Positions 20,939 through 31,356 of a DNA stretch of 64,000 nucleotides are shown here, piece by piece. The stretch comes from an uncultured Chloroflexia bacterium (GTDB lineage: Bacteria; Chloroflexota; Limnocylindria; QHBO01). The position numbers and the translations under genes are program-made. The stretch covers positions 530,015 through 594,014 of the forward strand of contig CAWGUL010000007.1 in assembly GCA_963825905.1 (NCBI GenBank), given 5' to 3'. Each line of letters starts with the position of its first letter. The stretch's first letter is position 1. Under the pieces are notes generated by a model, which was not told where the DNA came from, searched no databases, and saw nothing but the letters and a program-made list of their open reading frames with translations.

Positions 20939-22240
20939 TCAGCGCTCCACGTGATAGAGCTCGAGCCGGCGGCCCCAGTCGGTGCGGACGACGTAGCGGA
21001 GCATCGTGCGCGTCACGGTCACCGCGCTGAACATCGAGATCAGCACACCGATGATGAGGACGAGCGCGAAGCCGCGCACGGCGGTGGTGCCCTGCCAGTA
21101 CAGCCACGAGGCGACGAGCAGCGTGGAGACGTTCGAGTCGAGGATGCTCGACCACGCGCGGTTGAAGCCCGCCTCGATCGCCGGGCCGAGTGACTTGCCG
21201 GCCCGGATCTCCTCCTTCATGCGCTCGAAGATGAGGATGTTGGCGTCGACCGCCATGCCGATCGAGAGGATGAAGGCGGCCACGCCGGCCAGCGTGAGCG
21301 TGACGCCGATGACGCGGAAGACCGCGTAGTTCACCAGCGTGTAGAACACGAGCGCCCCGGCCGCGACCACGCCGGGCAGCCGGTAGTAGGCGACCATGAA
21401 GAGGATCACGAGCAGCAGGCCGATGCCACCCGCGATGAGCGCCTGGCCGAGGAAGCCGGCGCCGAGGGTGGGCGTCACCTGGTCGAAGCCGATCTCGCGC
21501 AGCGACACCGGCAGCGCGCCGAAACGAAGCGTGTTGTAGAGGTTCGTGCGCTCCGACTCGCCGCTCGACCCCGAGCTGCCGACGGTGATGATCGTCTGGC
21601 CTCCGCAGATCGCGCTCTGGATCGTGGGCACGGTGATCACCTTGCCGTCGAGCGAGATCGGTCCCGGCTGCTGGACGTGGGTCGTCGTGTACGTGCACCA
21701 CGTCGTCTTGCCCGGGTCGTGGAGCGTGAAGACGACGGCGAGCTGCCCCTTGTCCGAGGTCGGCGCCACACTCGTCGGGTCGATCTGGCCGCCGTTGAAC
21801 AGCTCCCCGATGCTGCCGTTCTCGATGAGCGGTCGGATGTCCTGGCCCACGGTCAGCGTCTGCCCCTTCGGGTCGAGGAACTGGAGCTGCCCGGTGGAGC
21901 CGACGAGGCTGCGCACCTGGTTCTCGTCGGTGGCGCCCGGCACCTCGACGACGATCTGGCGCGTGCCGTCGCTGCTCGTCTGGGTGCGGACCTGCGGCTC
22001 GCTGACACCGATGCCGCCGACGCGCCGCTCGATGATGTCGCGCGCGGTCTCGACCTGCTGATCGGTCACCGTCTGGCCGCTCGGCGGGACGACCTCGAGC
22101 GTGACCCGCTGCCCGCCCTGGAGGTCGAGGCCGAGCCGTGTGCGCACGCCGTCGCCGAGCAGGTTGAACGGCAGGTCGATGACGATCGCCAGGGCGAGGA
22201 TCGTGAGGATCACCCACGGGGCGATGCGGCGCCAGGTCAT
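20939..22240 (-). CDS. secD: protein-export membrane protein SecD
   Basis: Intact. Start chosen at the ATG at 22240 (MTWRRIAPWVILTIL); the track ORF extends to 22315. GLDLQGG motif and C-terminal 6-TM domain are present. Confidence 0.9.
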   Translation of the reverse strand: MTWRRIAPWVILTILALAIVIDLPFNLLGDGVRTRLGLDLQGGQRVTLEVVPPSGQTVTDQQVETARDIIERRVGGIGVSEPQVRTQTSSDGTRQIVVEVPGATDENQVRSLVGSTGQLQFLDPKGQTLTVGQDIRPLIENGSIGELFNGGQIDPTSVAPTSDKGQLAVVFTLHDPGKTTWCTYTTTHVQQPGPISLDGKVITVPTIQSAICGGQTIITVGSSGSSGESERTNLYNTLRFGALPVSLREIGFDQVTPTLGAGFLGQALIAGGIGLLLVILFMVAYYRLPGVVAAGALVFYTLVNYAVFRVIGVTLTLAGVAAFILSIGMAVDANILIFERMKEEIRAGKSLGPAIEAGFNRAWSSILDSNVSTLLVASWLYWQGTTAVRGFALVLIIGVLISMFSAVTVTRTMLRYVVRTDWGRRLELYHVER

Positions 22241-22380
22241 GAGGTCGGCTCTGAGTCCTTTCAACGGGCGACGTCGGACGTCGGGTCGCCGCGGGACGCG
22301 GGTCCCAGACAGCAACGACGCCGCTCCGGAGCGGCGGCCGCGCGATTATAGGTTCGCGGCGCGGTGAGCCGCAAGGCGGC

Positions 22381-24382
22381 TCAGGCGAGCATCCCCTCCC
22401 GCGCCAGGTGCTGCTTCACCCGCTCCGCGAGGTCGCGCGGGATGCCGGGCGTGGCGGCGACCTCCTCGAGCGACGCCTCGCGGATGCGGCGAACGCTGCC
22501 GAACCGCTTGAGGAGCGCCTTCTTGCGTGCCGGCCCGACGCCCGCGATGTCGTCGAGCTCACTGCGCAGCGCGCGCCGGCCCCGAAGCTCGCGGTGATAG
22601 GTGATGGCAAACCGATGCGCCTCGTCGCGGATGCGCTGGACGAGGTAGAGCCCCTGGCCGCCGCGGGCCAGCACGATCGGGGCGCTCCGGCCCGGCACGT
22701 AGAGCTCCTCGAACCGCTTCGCCAGGCCGGCGAGCGGCACGTCGGTGAGGTCGAGCTCCGACATCACGCCCATCGCCGCCGACAGCTGGCCCTTGCCGCC
22801 GTCCACGATGACGAGATCCGGCAGCGCCCACGCGACATCCCGCGGGCCGCGAGAAGCGTCGCCCTCGACCGGGCCGGAACCCGGTGCCAGGTCGAGCAGC
22901 TCCCCCGCCTCGCCGTCGCCCTCGGGCGCCTCGTCCGCCCCGACGGCGGCCAGCGACAGCGCTCCTGTCTCGCGGTGCAGACGCGGCGGCGCGGCGGAAC
23001 CGACGCCGCAGCACCTCGGCCATCATCCGGAAGTCGTCCGGCGTCTCGCCGGAGCGGATCCGGAAGCGGCGGTACTCCCGCGGCTCGGGGCGCCCGTTGA
23101 CGAAGACGACCATCGAGCCGACCGCGCTCGTGCCCTGGATGTTGCTCATGTCGTAGCACTCGATCCGCTCCGGCTGCTTCAGGAGCCCGAGCGCGCTGGC
23201 CAGCTCGCCGAGCGCCTCGTCCCGTCGGCCCTCATCGGCGAGCCACTGCGCCCGCTCGCGGGAGAGCGCCTCGACCGCGTTCTGCGTCGCGAGCGCCACC
23301 AGCCGGCGCTTGTCGCCGCGCTGCGGCAGGCTGACCGTGACGCGCGAGCCGCGCCGGTCCGAGAGGAACTGCGCCAGTCCGTCGACATCGGCCGGCTCGA
23401 TCGGCACGAGCACGTCGCGCGGCGGGCGCTCGACCGCCGCGTAGTACTGCTGCAGGAACGAGGCGAGCACCTCGCCGTCGGTCACCTCCGGCGCCGCCCC
23501 CTCGGCGATGAAGTGCTCGCGACCGATCATCTTGCCGTTCCGAATGACGAGCACCTGGAGGCACGCCTCGGCGTCCTCGCGCGCCAGCCCCACGACGTCC
23601 TGCTCCGCGCGGCTGTAGGCCGCGACCTTCTGCTGCTCGATCGTGCGCTCGACGGCGCGCAGCTTGTCACGGGCCGCCGCGGCCTGCTCGAACCGCAGCC
23701 CCTCGGAGTGCGCCTGCATGTCGGCGCGCAGCTCGGCGGCCACACCTTCCTGCTTGCCCTCCAGGAAGTCGACGATGCGGTCGATCGTGGCCCGGTACTG
23801 CGCCTTCTCGATCGCCTGGATGCAGGGACCCTGGCATCGGTTGATGTAGTAGAGCAGGCACGGCCGCTCGAGCACTCGCTTCCCGTCCGGGATGTCGAGG
23901 TCGCAGGTCCGGAAGGGGAAGATCTTGCGGAGCAGCTTCAGCGTCTCGTCGACGCTGCTCGCGCTCGCGTACGGGCCGAAGTAGCGGCTGCCGTCCTTCG
24001 CCAGCTTCCGCGTCCGGACGATGCGCGGGAAGTCCTCGCCCAGGGTGATCTTCACGAACGGATAGGTCTTGTCGTCGCGGAGGCGGATGTTGAAGCGCGG
24101 CCGATGCTCCTTGATGAGGTTGTTCTCGAGCAGGAATGCCTCGGAGATCGTGTCGGTGACGATGTACTCGACGTCGGCGACCTCGCTGACCATCCGCACG
24201 ATCCGCGAGTCGAGGCCGGCCTTGCTGCCGAAGTAGCTGCGCACCCGGTTGCGAAGGACGTCCGCCTTGCCCACGTACAGGACGCGACCATCGGCCGCCT
24301 TCATCAGGTAGACGCCCGGTGAGGCGGGCAGCTGGCGCAGGACGGTGCGCAGGTGGGTGTCGACGGCGGGGCTGGGGCTCAC
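22381..24382 (-). pseudogene. uvrC: excinuclease ABC subunit C, one frameshift in the linker
   Basis: GIY-YIG (GVYLMKAADGRVLYVGKA) and UVR domains are in 22559..24382. The endonuclease/HhH C-terminus (DLVIVDGGKGQL...) is in the frame of 22381..22806. The break is about 22880-22990. Confidence 0.9.
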
Positions 24383-24388
24383 CGATCG

Positions 24389-24394
24389 ATTCTA
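24389..24394 (-). promoter_or_regulatory. -10-like hexamer TAGAAT, 6 nt upstream of the uvrC GTG
   Basis: CCTAGAATCGATCG-GTG on the minus strand, with no Shine-Dalgarno sequence. Confidence 0.4.
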
Positions 24395-24425
24395 GGGCGC
24401 AAGGCGGAATCGCTCCGGACGCAGC

Positions 24426-24908
24426 TCAGGAGCGACGGAGGTAGGTCTCCCCCGCCTCGATGAGCCGGAGCAGCGCCTCGAGCCGCGGCGAGCCCTCCGC
24501 GATGACGCTGCGCGCCACCCAGTCCGCGGCGGCGATCTCGCCCGACTGCGCCTCGAGCGTGCCGCCGACGAGCGCGCCCTCGAACACGAAGCTCACGTTG
24601 CGCGGCCAGCGACCGTCGACGAGCAGCAGGCGCCCGGCGCGTGCCTGGATGCCCGTCTCCTCGCGCGTCTCGCGCTCCGCCGCATGATGGGGCGTCTCGT
24701 CGCGCTCGATGCGCCCGCCGGGGAGCATCCACTCGCCCGGGAGGTAGATCGGCCGGACGACGAGGATGCGCTCGTCGGCATCGTGGACGAGGAGGTTCGC
24801 CCCCTCGCTCCGGCTGTAGCGGCCGCTCATGCGGTGCGCGACCGCCTCCGCGGCGATCAGCCCGAAGCGCGCCGCGCGCTCGAGCCGGCTGCCGCGGGCG
24901 TCAGCCAC
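24426..24908 (-). CDS. NUDIX hydrolase
   Basis: Nudix box GGRIERDETPHHAAERETREETG. Start taken as the GTG at 24908, overlapping the LCP stop by 8 nt; the track ORF extends to 24995. Confidence 0.8.
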   Translation of the reverse strand: MADARGSRLERAARFGLIAAEAVAHRMSGRYSRSEGANLLVHDADERILVVRPIYLPGEWMLPGGRIERDETPHHAAERETREETGIQARAGRLLLVDGRWPRNVSFVFEGALVGGTLEAQSGEIAAADWVARSVIAEGSPRLEALLRLIEAGETYLRRS

Positions 24909-26103
24909 CGGGGCTCGGGGAGCCGCTGGAGATCGGCTCCGCCAGGCGATCGGCGAGGAAGGTGCGCAGCGGCCGGTAGTCGGTCGGCGACGCACGACCG
25001 ATGACGACGAGGATGTACTGCCCGATGGTGTTCGTCGTCGCCTGCAGGATGACGTCCTCCGACAGCTCGATCCGGCGGTCGGCGGCGAGGTGCGACGACA
25101 GCAGCCCGAGGTCGAGCGCGGACAGATCGGTCTTCATGCGGCCCTGCATGGCATCCATGAGCCCGAGGCCGGGACCGATGGCGCCGATCCCGCCCGACCC
25201 GAGCTTGGCCCGCAGCGCGCCGAGGACCCGCTGCTGGCGCACGCTGCGCGCGAAGTCGGACGACTCGGCCGGGTCGCTCGTGTAGCGGGCGCGCGTGTAG
25301 TCGAGCGCCCGGGTGCCGTCGAGCGCCAGCGTTCCTGCCTCGAACGTGCCGCGGTCCCAGATGCCGGCGTGGTAGTTCGACTCGCTGGTGGTGTACGAGA
25401 AGGCGCGCGGATTCTGGATCGTCACCCCGCCGACCGCGTCGACCATCTCGCGGAAGCCGGCGAAGTCGATCGCCAGCCAGTGCTGGATCTCGAGGCCGGT
25501 GACCTCGCTGAGGATGTGCGCCAGCGCGCCTGCTCCCTCCGCCAGGCCGCCGCGGTCGACGCCGACGGCGAAGACCTCGTTGATCTTGCCGTTGTCCGGG
25601 AGGACGTCCGGGAAGCCCTCGACCCAGAAGTCGCGCGGGATCGGGATGACGGTCGTCGTGTTCGTCTGCGGATCCACGGAGTAGATGTTCACCGAGTCCG
25701 CGAGGTACGCCCCCGGATGGTCGCCGCCCGCATAGCCGACCATCAGCACGTTGACGCGGCCCTGGCCGTTCAACGGCCCGAACAGGGCGCTCGAGAGCGT
25801 GCCCGAGCTCGAGACGGCGTTGTTGAAGGCGTTGATGCGGCCAAAGAGGAGGACGCCGCCGACGATGAGGCCGATGAGCACCGCGAGGACTGCGAGGCGC
25901 ACGATGCCACCGATCGAACGACGCCGTCGGGGCCGCGCTTCCCGGGGGGCCGATCGCTCGCCTGCCTGCTCGAGCCGCGCCCGCTCATACGCCTCGGGGT
26001 CGATCCCACGGCGCCGCAGCTCGTCGTCGCGGCGCGCTGCCTCAGCGATGCGGCGCGCCCGTGCGGTGGGCCGCGCCTGCGTGCGGAATCGGTCTCGGTT
26101 CAT
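24901..26103 (-). CDS. LytR-CpsA-Psr (LCP) family cell-envelope phosphotransferase
   Basis: ATG at 26103 with AGGAG 5 nt upstream. Arg-rich cytoplasmic tail, one TM helix, then NVLMVGYAGGDH...DSVNIYSVDP...LDGTRALDYTRAR. Confidence 0.85.
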   Translation of the reverse strand: MNRDRFRTQARPTARARRIAEAARRDDELRRRGIDPEAYERARLEQAGERSAPREARPRRRRSIGGIVRLAVLAVLIGLIVGGVLLFGRINAFNNAVSSSGTLSSALFGPLNGQGRVNVLMVGYAGGDHPGAYLADSVNIYSVDPQTNTTTVIPIPRDFWVEGFPDVLPDNGKINEVFAVGVDRGGLAEGAGALAHILSEVTGLEIQHWLAIDFAGFREMVDAVGGVTIQNPRAFSYTTSESNYHAGIWDRGTFEAGTLALDGTRALDYTRARYTSDPAESSDFARSVRQQRVLGALRAKLGSGGIGAIGPGLGLMDAMQGRMKTDLSALDLGLLSSHLAADRRIELSEDVILQATTNTIGQYILVVIGRASPTDYRPLRTFLADRLAEPISSGSPSPGG

Positions 26104-26203
26104 GCGCTCCTGGAGGTCGCGGACGGGCGGCGGGAGTCGCGCCAGCATAGCCGATAAGCGCTGAATAACCGCCCTGCGGCCTCCTCCACGCCAGCATGGG
26201 CGA

Positions 26204-27835
26204 ATGGACGACCTGCTCGCGACGCTCGACCCCGACCAGCGCGAGGCGGCATGCCTTCCCGACGGCCCGGCCCAGATCGTGGCGCCGGCGGGCAGCGGCA
26301 AGACCACCACTCTCGTGGCGCGGCTGGGCGTGCTCCTGGCTCGTGGCGTGGCACCCGAGGCGATCGCCGTCGTGACCTTCAACCGCGAGGCGGCCGCGGA
26401 GCTGGCTGCCCGAGTCGCCGCGCGGTTGGGACCACGGTTTCCCGGTGCCGAGCGGATCGAGGTGCGGACGCTGCACGCCATGGCGCGCCAGGTGCTGCTC
26501 GACGCGGGTGGGATCGGGGAGCTCGTCGCCGATCGCGCTCCCCTGCTCCGCGCCGCCCGCCGGGCGGTCCTCCGCCGCCAGGCCTCGACCGATCATCCGC
26601 CGCCCGAGGTCGACGCGCTCGACGCCCACCTGTCGCGCTGGAAGGTCGAGGGCATCCCCCCGCCCGAGGAGGCGCGCCCATCCCTCGATGCCTACACCGA
26701 GCTGCTCGCCCGCCGCAGGGCGACCGACTTCGACGATCTCGTCGCGGGGGCGGCCAACCGCCTGGAACGCGACCCGGCGCTCCGCGCGCGCTGGCAGGCT
26801 CGGTTCACCCACCTTGCGGTCGACGAGTTCCAGGACGTGGATGCGGCGCAGCTGCGGCTGGTGCGCGTGCTCGCCGGCGATCGGGCCAACCTGTTCGTGG
26901 TGGGCGACGACGACCAGACGATCTATGCCTGGCGTCTGGCGGACGTGCGACGAATCCTGGGATTTCGCGACTGGTATCCCGCCGCGCGGCGGGTCATCCT
27001 GGCCACGAACTACCGATGCCCGCCGGAAGTCGTCGCCGCCGGGCGGCGGCTGGTGGAGCACAACGTCGAGCGCTTCGCCAAGCCGATTCGCGCCGGCCGC
27101 GACGGCCCGACGGAGGCGATCGGCGCGATCGCGACCGACGTGGCCGAGCTGGCCGGATCGCCTGACGCAGCTTGCCTGCGCCGAGGCCGACCGTGGCGGC
27201 CGCGCGTGCTTCCTCGCCCGCACGCGCAGCGAGCTCATCCCCTTGCTGCTGGCGCTCACCCACGCCGGGGTGCCGCACGCTACCCAGGTTCCGTCGCCGC
27301 TCGACGCGGAGCCCGTGATGCATCTGCTCGCAGCGCTCGAGCGGAGAGGGTGGCGTCCGGCACCCGTTCACGGTGCTTCGGCGGCTGCGACGCGAGCGGG
27401 GCTGGGACCGCGCGTCGCCGGCAGGACGAGCTCGGCGATGAGGAGCACGCGGCGCTCGACGCGCTGCTCGGCTGGGCGGCGAGCGCCCGCGACACGCCGG
27501 ACCTCCTGCGCGGTGCGGAGCGGATGCGCGCGCGGCTCGCCGACCTTCGGCGGCCCGATGCGCCGGTGGAGCTGCTGACCGCCCATGGCGCGAAGGGCAG
27601 GGAGTGGCCGCTCGTGATCCTCGTCGGCTGGGAGGCGGAGCGGTTCCCGAACCGCCGCGCCCTGCGTGACGCCATCGACCCGGTGCGCGCGATGGAGGAG
27701 GAGCGGCGGCTCGCCTACGTCGCGGTCACGCGCGCGACCCGTCGCCTCGTCCTCGCCTTCGATCCCGCGCGGCCCAGTCCGTTTCTGGCGGAGATGGGCT
27801 ACAGCCCGACCGCCGGCGCGACCACGGTGAGATAG
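26204..27835 (+). CDS. short UvrD/REP-family DNA helicase (open ORF but with an internal out-of-frame block, about 27150-27420)
   Basis: Motifs APAGSGKTTT, DEFQD, VGDDDQTIYAWR, NYRC, TAHGAKGREW and YVAVTRAT. Between motifs IV and V the plausible sequence (ACFLARTRSELIPLLLALTHAGVPH) lies in another frame. Confidence 0.8.
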   Translation: MDDLLATLDPDQREAACLPDGPAQIVAPAGSGKTTTLVARLGVLLARGVAPEAIAVVTFNREAAAELAARVAARLGPRFPGAERIEVRTLHAMARQVLLDAGGIGELVADRAPLLRAARRAVLRRQASTDHPPPEVDALDAHLSRWKVEGIPPPEEARPSLDAYTELLARRRATDFDDLVAGAANRLERDPALRARWQARFTHLAVDEFQDVDAAQLRLVRVLAGDRANLFVVGDDDQTIYAWRLADVRRILGFRDWYPAARRVILATNYRCPPEVVAAGRRLVEHNVERFAKPIRAGRDGPTEAIGAIATDVAELAGSPDAACLRRGRPWRPRVLPRPHAQRAHPLAAGAHPRRGAARYPGSVAARRGARDASARSARAERVASGTRSRCFGGCDASGAGTARRRQDELGDEEHAALDALLGWAASARDTPDLLRGAERMRARLADLRRPDAPVELLTAHGAKGREWPLVILVGWEAERFPNRRALRDAIDPVRAMEEERRLAYVAVTRATRRLVLAFDPARPSPFLAEMGYSPTAGATTVR

Positions 27836-28368
27836 CGGACCATCCGGTCGACGTGCTCGTCGAAGTCGAGACCGAGCTCCTCGGCACCGGCCAGGAGCAT
27901 CTCGCGTGGCACCGCCCGCGCAAAGGCCTTGTCCTTCATCCGCTTCCGAACGTTGGCGGGCTCCACGTCGGCGATCCGCTTCGAGGGGCGCATGAGCGCC
28001 ACCGCGACGAGGAAGCCGGCGAGCTCGTCGCAGGCATAGACGAGGTGGTCGAGACGCGTCACGCGGGGCTGGCCGAGGGCGTCGTTGTGGCGGCGTACGG
28101 CATCGACGAGCTCCTGCTCATAGCCGCGCCGCGCCATCTCGTCCGCGCCAATGGCGCCATGGGTCGCGGCATCGGGGAAGCGCTCGTAATCGAGGTCGTG
28201 GAGCAGCCCCGCGATCCCCCACCGCTCCGCGGCGACCGCATCCAGCCCGTCGTCGAGCGCGTAGCCGCGGACGCCCGCCTCGACGAGCAGGCCGTGCTTG
28301 CGCAGCGACGGGTTCGCGTTCCACTCCTCGAGCAGCGCCAGCGCCTCCGCCCGCGAGGGAGCGGTCAC
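27799..28368 (-). CDS. HD-domain metal-dependent phosphohydrolase
   Basis: GTG at 28368 overlaps the uvrA stop (GTGA). GLLHDLDYE and RRHND motifs. 189 aa. The 5-prime extension of track ORF 27799..29427 is antisense-type junk. Confidence 0.75.
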   Translation of the reverse strand: MTAPSRAEALALLEEWNANPSLRKHGLLVEAGVRGYALDDGLDAVAAERWGIAGLLHDLDYERFPDAATHGAIGADEMARRGYEQELVDAVRRHNDALGQPRVTRLDHLVYACDELAGFLVAVALMRPSKRIADVEPANVRKRMKDKAFARAVPREMLLAGAEELGLDFDEHVDRMVRYLTVVAPAVGL

Positions 28369-31304
28369 GATGCGGCGGCGGCCGCGGCGCGCGGCCGGCT
28401 CCCGCGCCGGCGGGCCGGCGCGGCATCGGTCTCGGGGATGCCGAGCACCGGTCGCAGGTAGCGACCCGTGTGGGACGCCGGCGTGCGCGCCACGTCCTCC
28501 GGCGATCCGGCCGCGATGAGCGCGCCGCCCTTGTCGCCGCCCTCCGGCCCGAGGTCGATGAGGTAGTCGGCGCTCTTGATGACGTCGAGGTTGTGCTCGA
28601 TCACGACCACCGTGTTCCCGGCATCGGCGAGGCGGGAGAGGACCTGGAGCAGGCGTGCGACGTCGTCGAAGTGGAGCCCGGTCGTCGGCTCGTCGAGGAT
28701 GTAGAACGTCTTGCCGGTGGCGCGCTTCGACAGCTCGGTGGCGAGCTTCACGCGCTGCGCCTCGCCGCCGGAGAGCGTCGTCGCCGGCTGACCGAGGTGG
28801 ATGTAGCCCATCCCGACGTCGGCGAGGGTCTGGAGCTTGTTGCGGATCGTGGGCACCGCGTTGAAGAACGCGAGCGCCTCCTCGACCGTCATCTCGAGGA
28901 TCTCCGCCACGTTCTTGCCCTTGTAGTGGATCTCGAGCGTCTCGCGGTTGTAGCGCTTGCCCTTGCAGACCTCGCACTGGACGTAGACGTCGGGCAGGAA
29001 GTGCATTTCGATCTGCACGATCCCCGCGCCCTCGCACGCCTCGCAGCGACCGCCCTTCACGTTGAAGCTGAAGCGACCGGGCTTGTAGCCGCGCAACCGT
29101 GACTCCGGGACCGCGGCGAGCAGCTCGCGCAGCGGCGCCCAGAGGCCGGTGTACGTCGCCGGGTTCGAGCGCGGCGTGCGGCCGATGGGCGACTGGTCGA
29201 TCTCGATCACCTTGTCGATCTGCTCGATGCCGGTGATCCGATCGTGCTTGCCGGCGGGGTCGCGCGAGCCCCAGATCTCCTGCGCCAGTGCCGGGTAGAG
29301 GATCTGGGTGACGAGGCTGGACTTCCCGGAACCGCTCACCCCGGTGACGGCGATGAACTGGCCGAGCGGGAAGCCGACGTCGATCCCGCGCAGGTTGTTC
29401 TCGCGCGCGCCCTCGATGGTGAGCCATTCCCCGCTCCCGCGGCGCCGCCGGCGCGGGACCGGGATCGCCTGCGAGCCACGGAGGTAGGCGGCGGTGATCG
29501 AGCGGTCGTTGACGAGCAGCTCGTCGAGCGTGCCCGAGTGGATGAGCTCGCCCCCGTGCTCGCCTGCCCGCGGACCGATGTCGATCACCCAGTCCGCGTG
29601 CCGGATCGTGTCCTCGTCGTGCTCGACGACGAGGAGCGTGTTCCCGAGGTCGCGGAGCCGGACGAGCGTGGCGATGAGCCGATCGTTGTCGCGCTGATGG
29701 AGACCGATCGACGGTTCGTCGAGGATGTAGAGCACCCCCATCAGGCTCGAGCCGATCTGGGTCGCGAGCCGAATGCGCTGCGCCTCGCCGCCCGACAGCG
29801 TGCCGCTGGCGCGGTCGAGGGTGAGGTAATCGAGCCCCACGTCGACGAGGAAGCCGAGCCGGCTGCGGATCTCCTTGAGGACCTGCCGCGCGATCTGGTT
29901 GTCGCGATCGGTGAGGCGTGCCGGCAGCGAGCCGTACCAGGCGAGCGCATCGGTCACCGACAGGCGGGTCGTCTCGATGATGTTCCGCTCACCGACCGTG
30001 ACCGACAGCGACTCCGGCTTCAGCCGCATCCCGCCGCAGGTCGGGCACGGCTTGTTCGTCATGTAGCGCTCGATCTCCGACTTCACCGACTCGGAGCCGG
30101 TCTCGCGGTAGCGGCGCTCGAGGTTCGGGATGATTCCCTCGAACGTGGTGCGGAACGTGTGCGTGCGGCCGTTGCGCGCGGTGTAGCGCACCTCGACCCG
30201 CTCGCCGCGGTTGCCGTGCAGGAGGATCTCGACCGCCTGGTCGTCGAGCTCGGCGATCGGGACGTCGGTGCGGAAGCGGTAGTGCTCGGCCACCGCGTCC
30301 AGGATCTTCGCGAACCAGCTCTCGCTGGCCGCCATGCGACGCCACGGGAGGATTGCGCCGTCCTCGAGCGACAGTGCGCGATTCGGCAGCACCATGTCCG
30401 CGTCGATCTCGAGCCGCGAGCCGAGTCCGGTGCAGTCCGGGCAGGCGCCGTGCGGCGAGTTGAAGCTGAAGTTGCGCGGCGCCGGCTCCTCGAAGCTGCC
30501 GCCGTGCTCGGGGCAGGCGTAGCGCTCGCTGTAGAGGCGGTCCTGCTCCTTCGGCGGCGCGTCCGGGAGGTTGACGAGGAGCAGGCCGTCCGAGAGGCGG
30601 AGTGCCGTCTCGATCGAGTCCGCCATCCGCGACGCGTCGGGGCGTGCGGTGCCGTCGGCATCGGTGCGGTGGACGACGAGCCGGTCGACGACGACCTCGA
30701 TGCTGTGCTTGTACTTCTTGTCGAGCGCGATCTCCTCGTCGAGGTCGCGCAGCTCGCCGTCGACCCGGACGCGCACGAAGCCGCCCTGCTTCGCGCCCGC
30801 GAGGAGCTTCTCGTGCTCGCCCTTCCGGTCGCGGACGAGGGGCGCCATGAGCATGAGCCGCGTCCCGTCCGGCAGGTCGTACAGCTGGTCGACGATCTGC
30901 TCCACCGTCTGGCGGCTGATCTCGCGGCCGCAGACCGGGCAGTGCATGCGGCCGATGCGCGCGAACAGGAGGCGGAGGTAGTCGTAGATCTCGGTCACGG
31001 TGCCCACCGTGGAGCGCGGGTTCCGCGACGCGCCCTTCTGGTCGATGCTGATCGCCGGCGAGAGCCCGTCGATCTGGTCGACGTCCGGCTTCTCCATCTG
31101 GCCGAGGAATTGGCGCGCGTAGGCGGACAGGGACTCGACGTAGCGCCGCTGCCCCTCGGCGTAGATCGTGTCGAACGCCAGGCTCGACTTTCCGCTGCCC
31201 GAGAGGCCGGTGATCACGATCAGCCGGTCGCGCGGCATCTCGACGTCGATGTTCTTCAGGTTGTGCTCGCGGGCACCGCGAACCGTGATCTTGTCCGAGG
31301 GCAT
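28365..31304 (-). CDS. uvrA: excinuclease ABC subunit A
   Basis: Intact 979 aa with two ABC modules ([34 protein letters not shown]; [11 protein letters not shown]) and zinc-finger cysteines. Confidence 0.95.
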   Translation of the reverse strand: MPSDKITVRGAREHNLKNIDVEMPRDRLIVITGLSGSGKSSLAFDTIYAEGQRRYVESLSAYARQFLGQMEKPDVDQIDGLSPAISIDQKGASRNPRSTVGTVTEIYDYLRLLFARIGRMHCPVCGREISRQTVEQIVDQLYDLPDGTRLMLMAPLVRDRKGEHEKLLAGAKQGGFVRVRVDGELRDLDEEIALDKKYKHSIEVVVDRLVVHRTDADGTARPDASRMADSIETALRLSDGLLLVNLPDAPPKEQDRLYSERYACPEHGGSFEEPAPRNFSFNSPHGACPDCTGLGSRLEIDADMVLPNRALSLEDGAILPWRRMAASESWFAKILDAVAEHYRFRTDVPIAELDDQAVEILLHGNRGERVEVRYTARNGRTHTFRTTFEGIIPNLERRYRETGSESVKSEIERYMTNKPCPTCGGMRLKPESLSVTVGERNIIETTRLSVTDALAWYGSLPARLTDRDNQIARQVLKEIRSRLGFLVDVGLDYLTLDRASGTLSGGEAQRIRLATQIGSSLMGVLYILDEPSIGLHQRDNDRLIATLVRLRDLGNTLLVVEHDEDTIRHADWVIDIGPRAGEHGGELIHSGTLDELLVNDRSITAAYLRGSQAIPVPRRRRRGSGEWLTIEGARENNLRGIDVGFPLGQFIAVTGVSGSGKSSLVTQILYPALAQEIWGSRDPAGKHDRITGIEQIDKVIEIDQSPIGRTPRSNPATYTGLWAPLRELLAAVPESRLRGYKPGRFSFNVKGGRCEACEGAGIVQIEMHFLPDVYVQCEVCKGKRYNRETLEIHYKGKNVAEILEMTVEEALAFFNAVPTIRNKLQTLADVGMGYIHLGQPATTLSGGEAQRVKLATELSKRATGKTFYILDEPTTGLHFDDVARLLQVLSRLADAGNTVVVIEHNLDVIKSADYLIDLGPEGGDKGGALIAAGSPEDVARTPASHTGRYLRPVLGIPETDAAPARRRGSRPRAAAAAAS

Positions 31305-31312
31305 GGGCGACT

Positions 31313-31318
31313 ATCCTA
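31313..31318 (-). promoter_or_regulatory. -10-like hexamer TAGGAT, 8 nt upstream of the uvrA ATG
   Basis: GGTAGGATAGTCGCCC-ATG on the minus strand, with no Shine-Dalgarno sequence. Confidence 0.35.
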
Positions 31319-31330
31319 CCAGACCGATGT

Positions 31331-31342
31331 GAACGCCCGTTC
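31331..31342. promoter_or_regulatory. candidate LexA (Cheo-type) SOS box GAAC-N4-GTTC
   Basis: GTGAACGCCCGTTCGG lies 12 nt upstream of the uvrA -10-like hexamer, in the position of the spacer/-35 region. Confidence 0.45.
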
Positions 31343-31356
31343 GGTTTGAGCGCCGA

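Noticed and set aside
29244-31349. 701-aa plus-strand ORF opposite uvrA
   Set aside because: uvrA is intact and unambiguous on the other strand. The mirror ORF is Arg/Asp/Val-rich with no recognisable domain.
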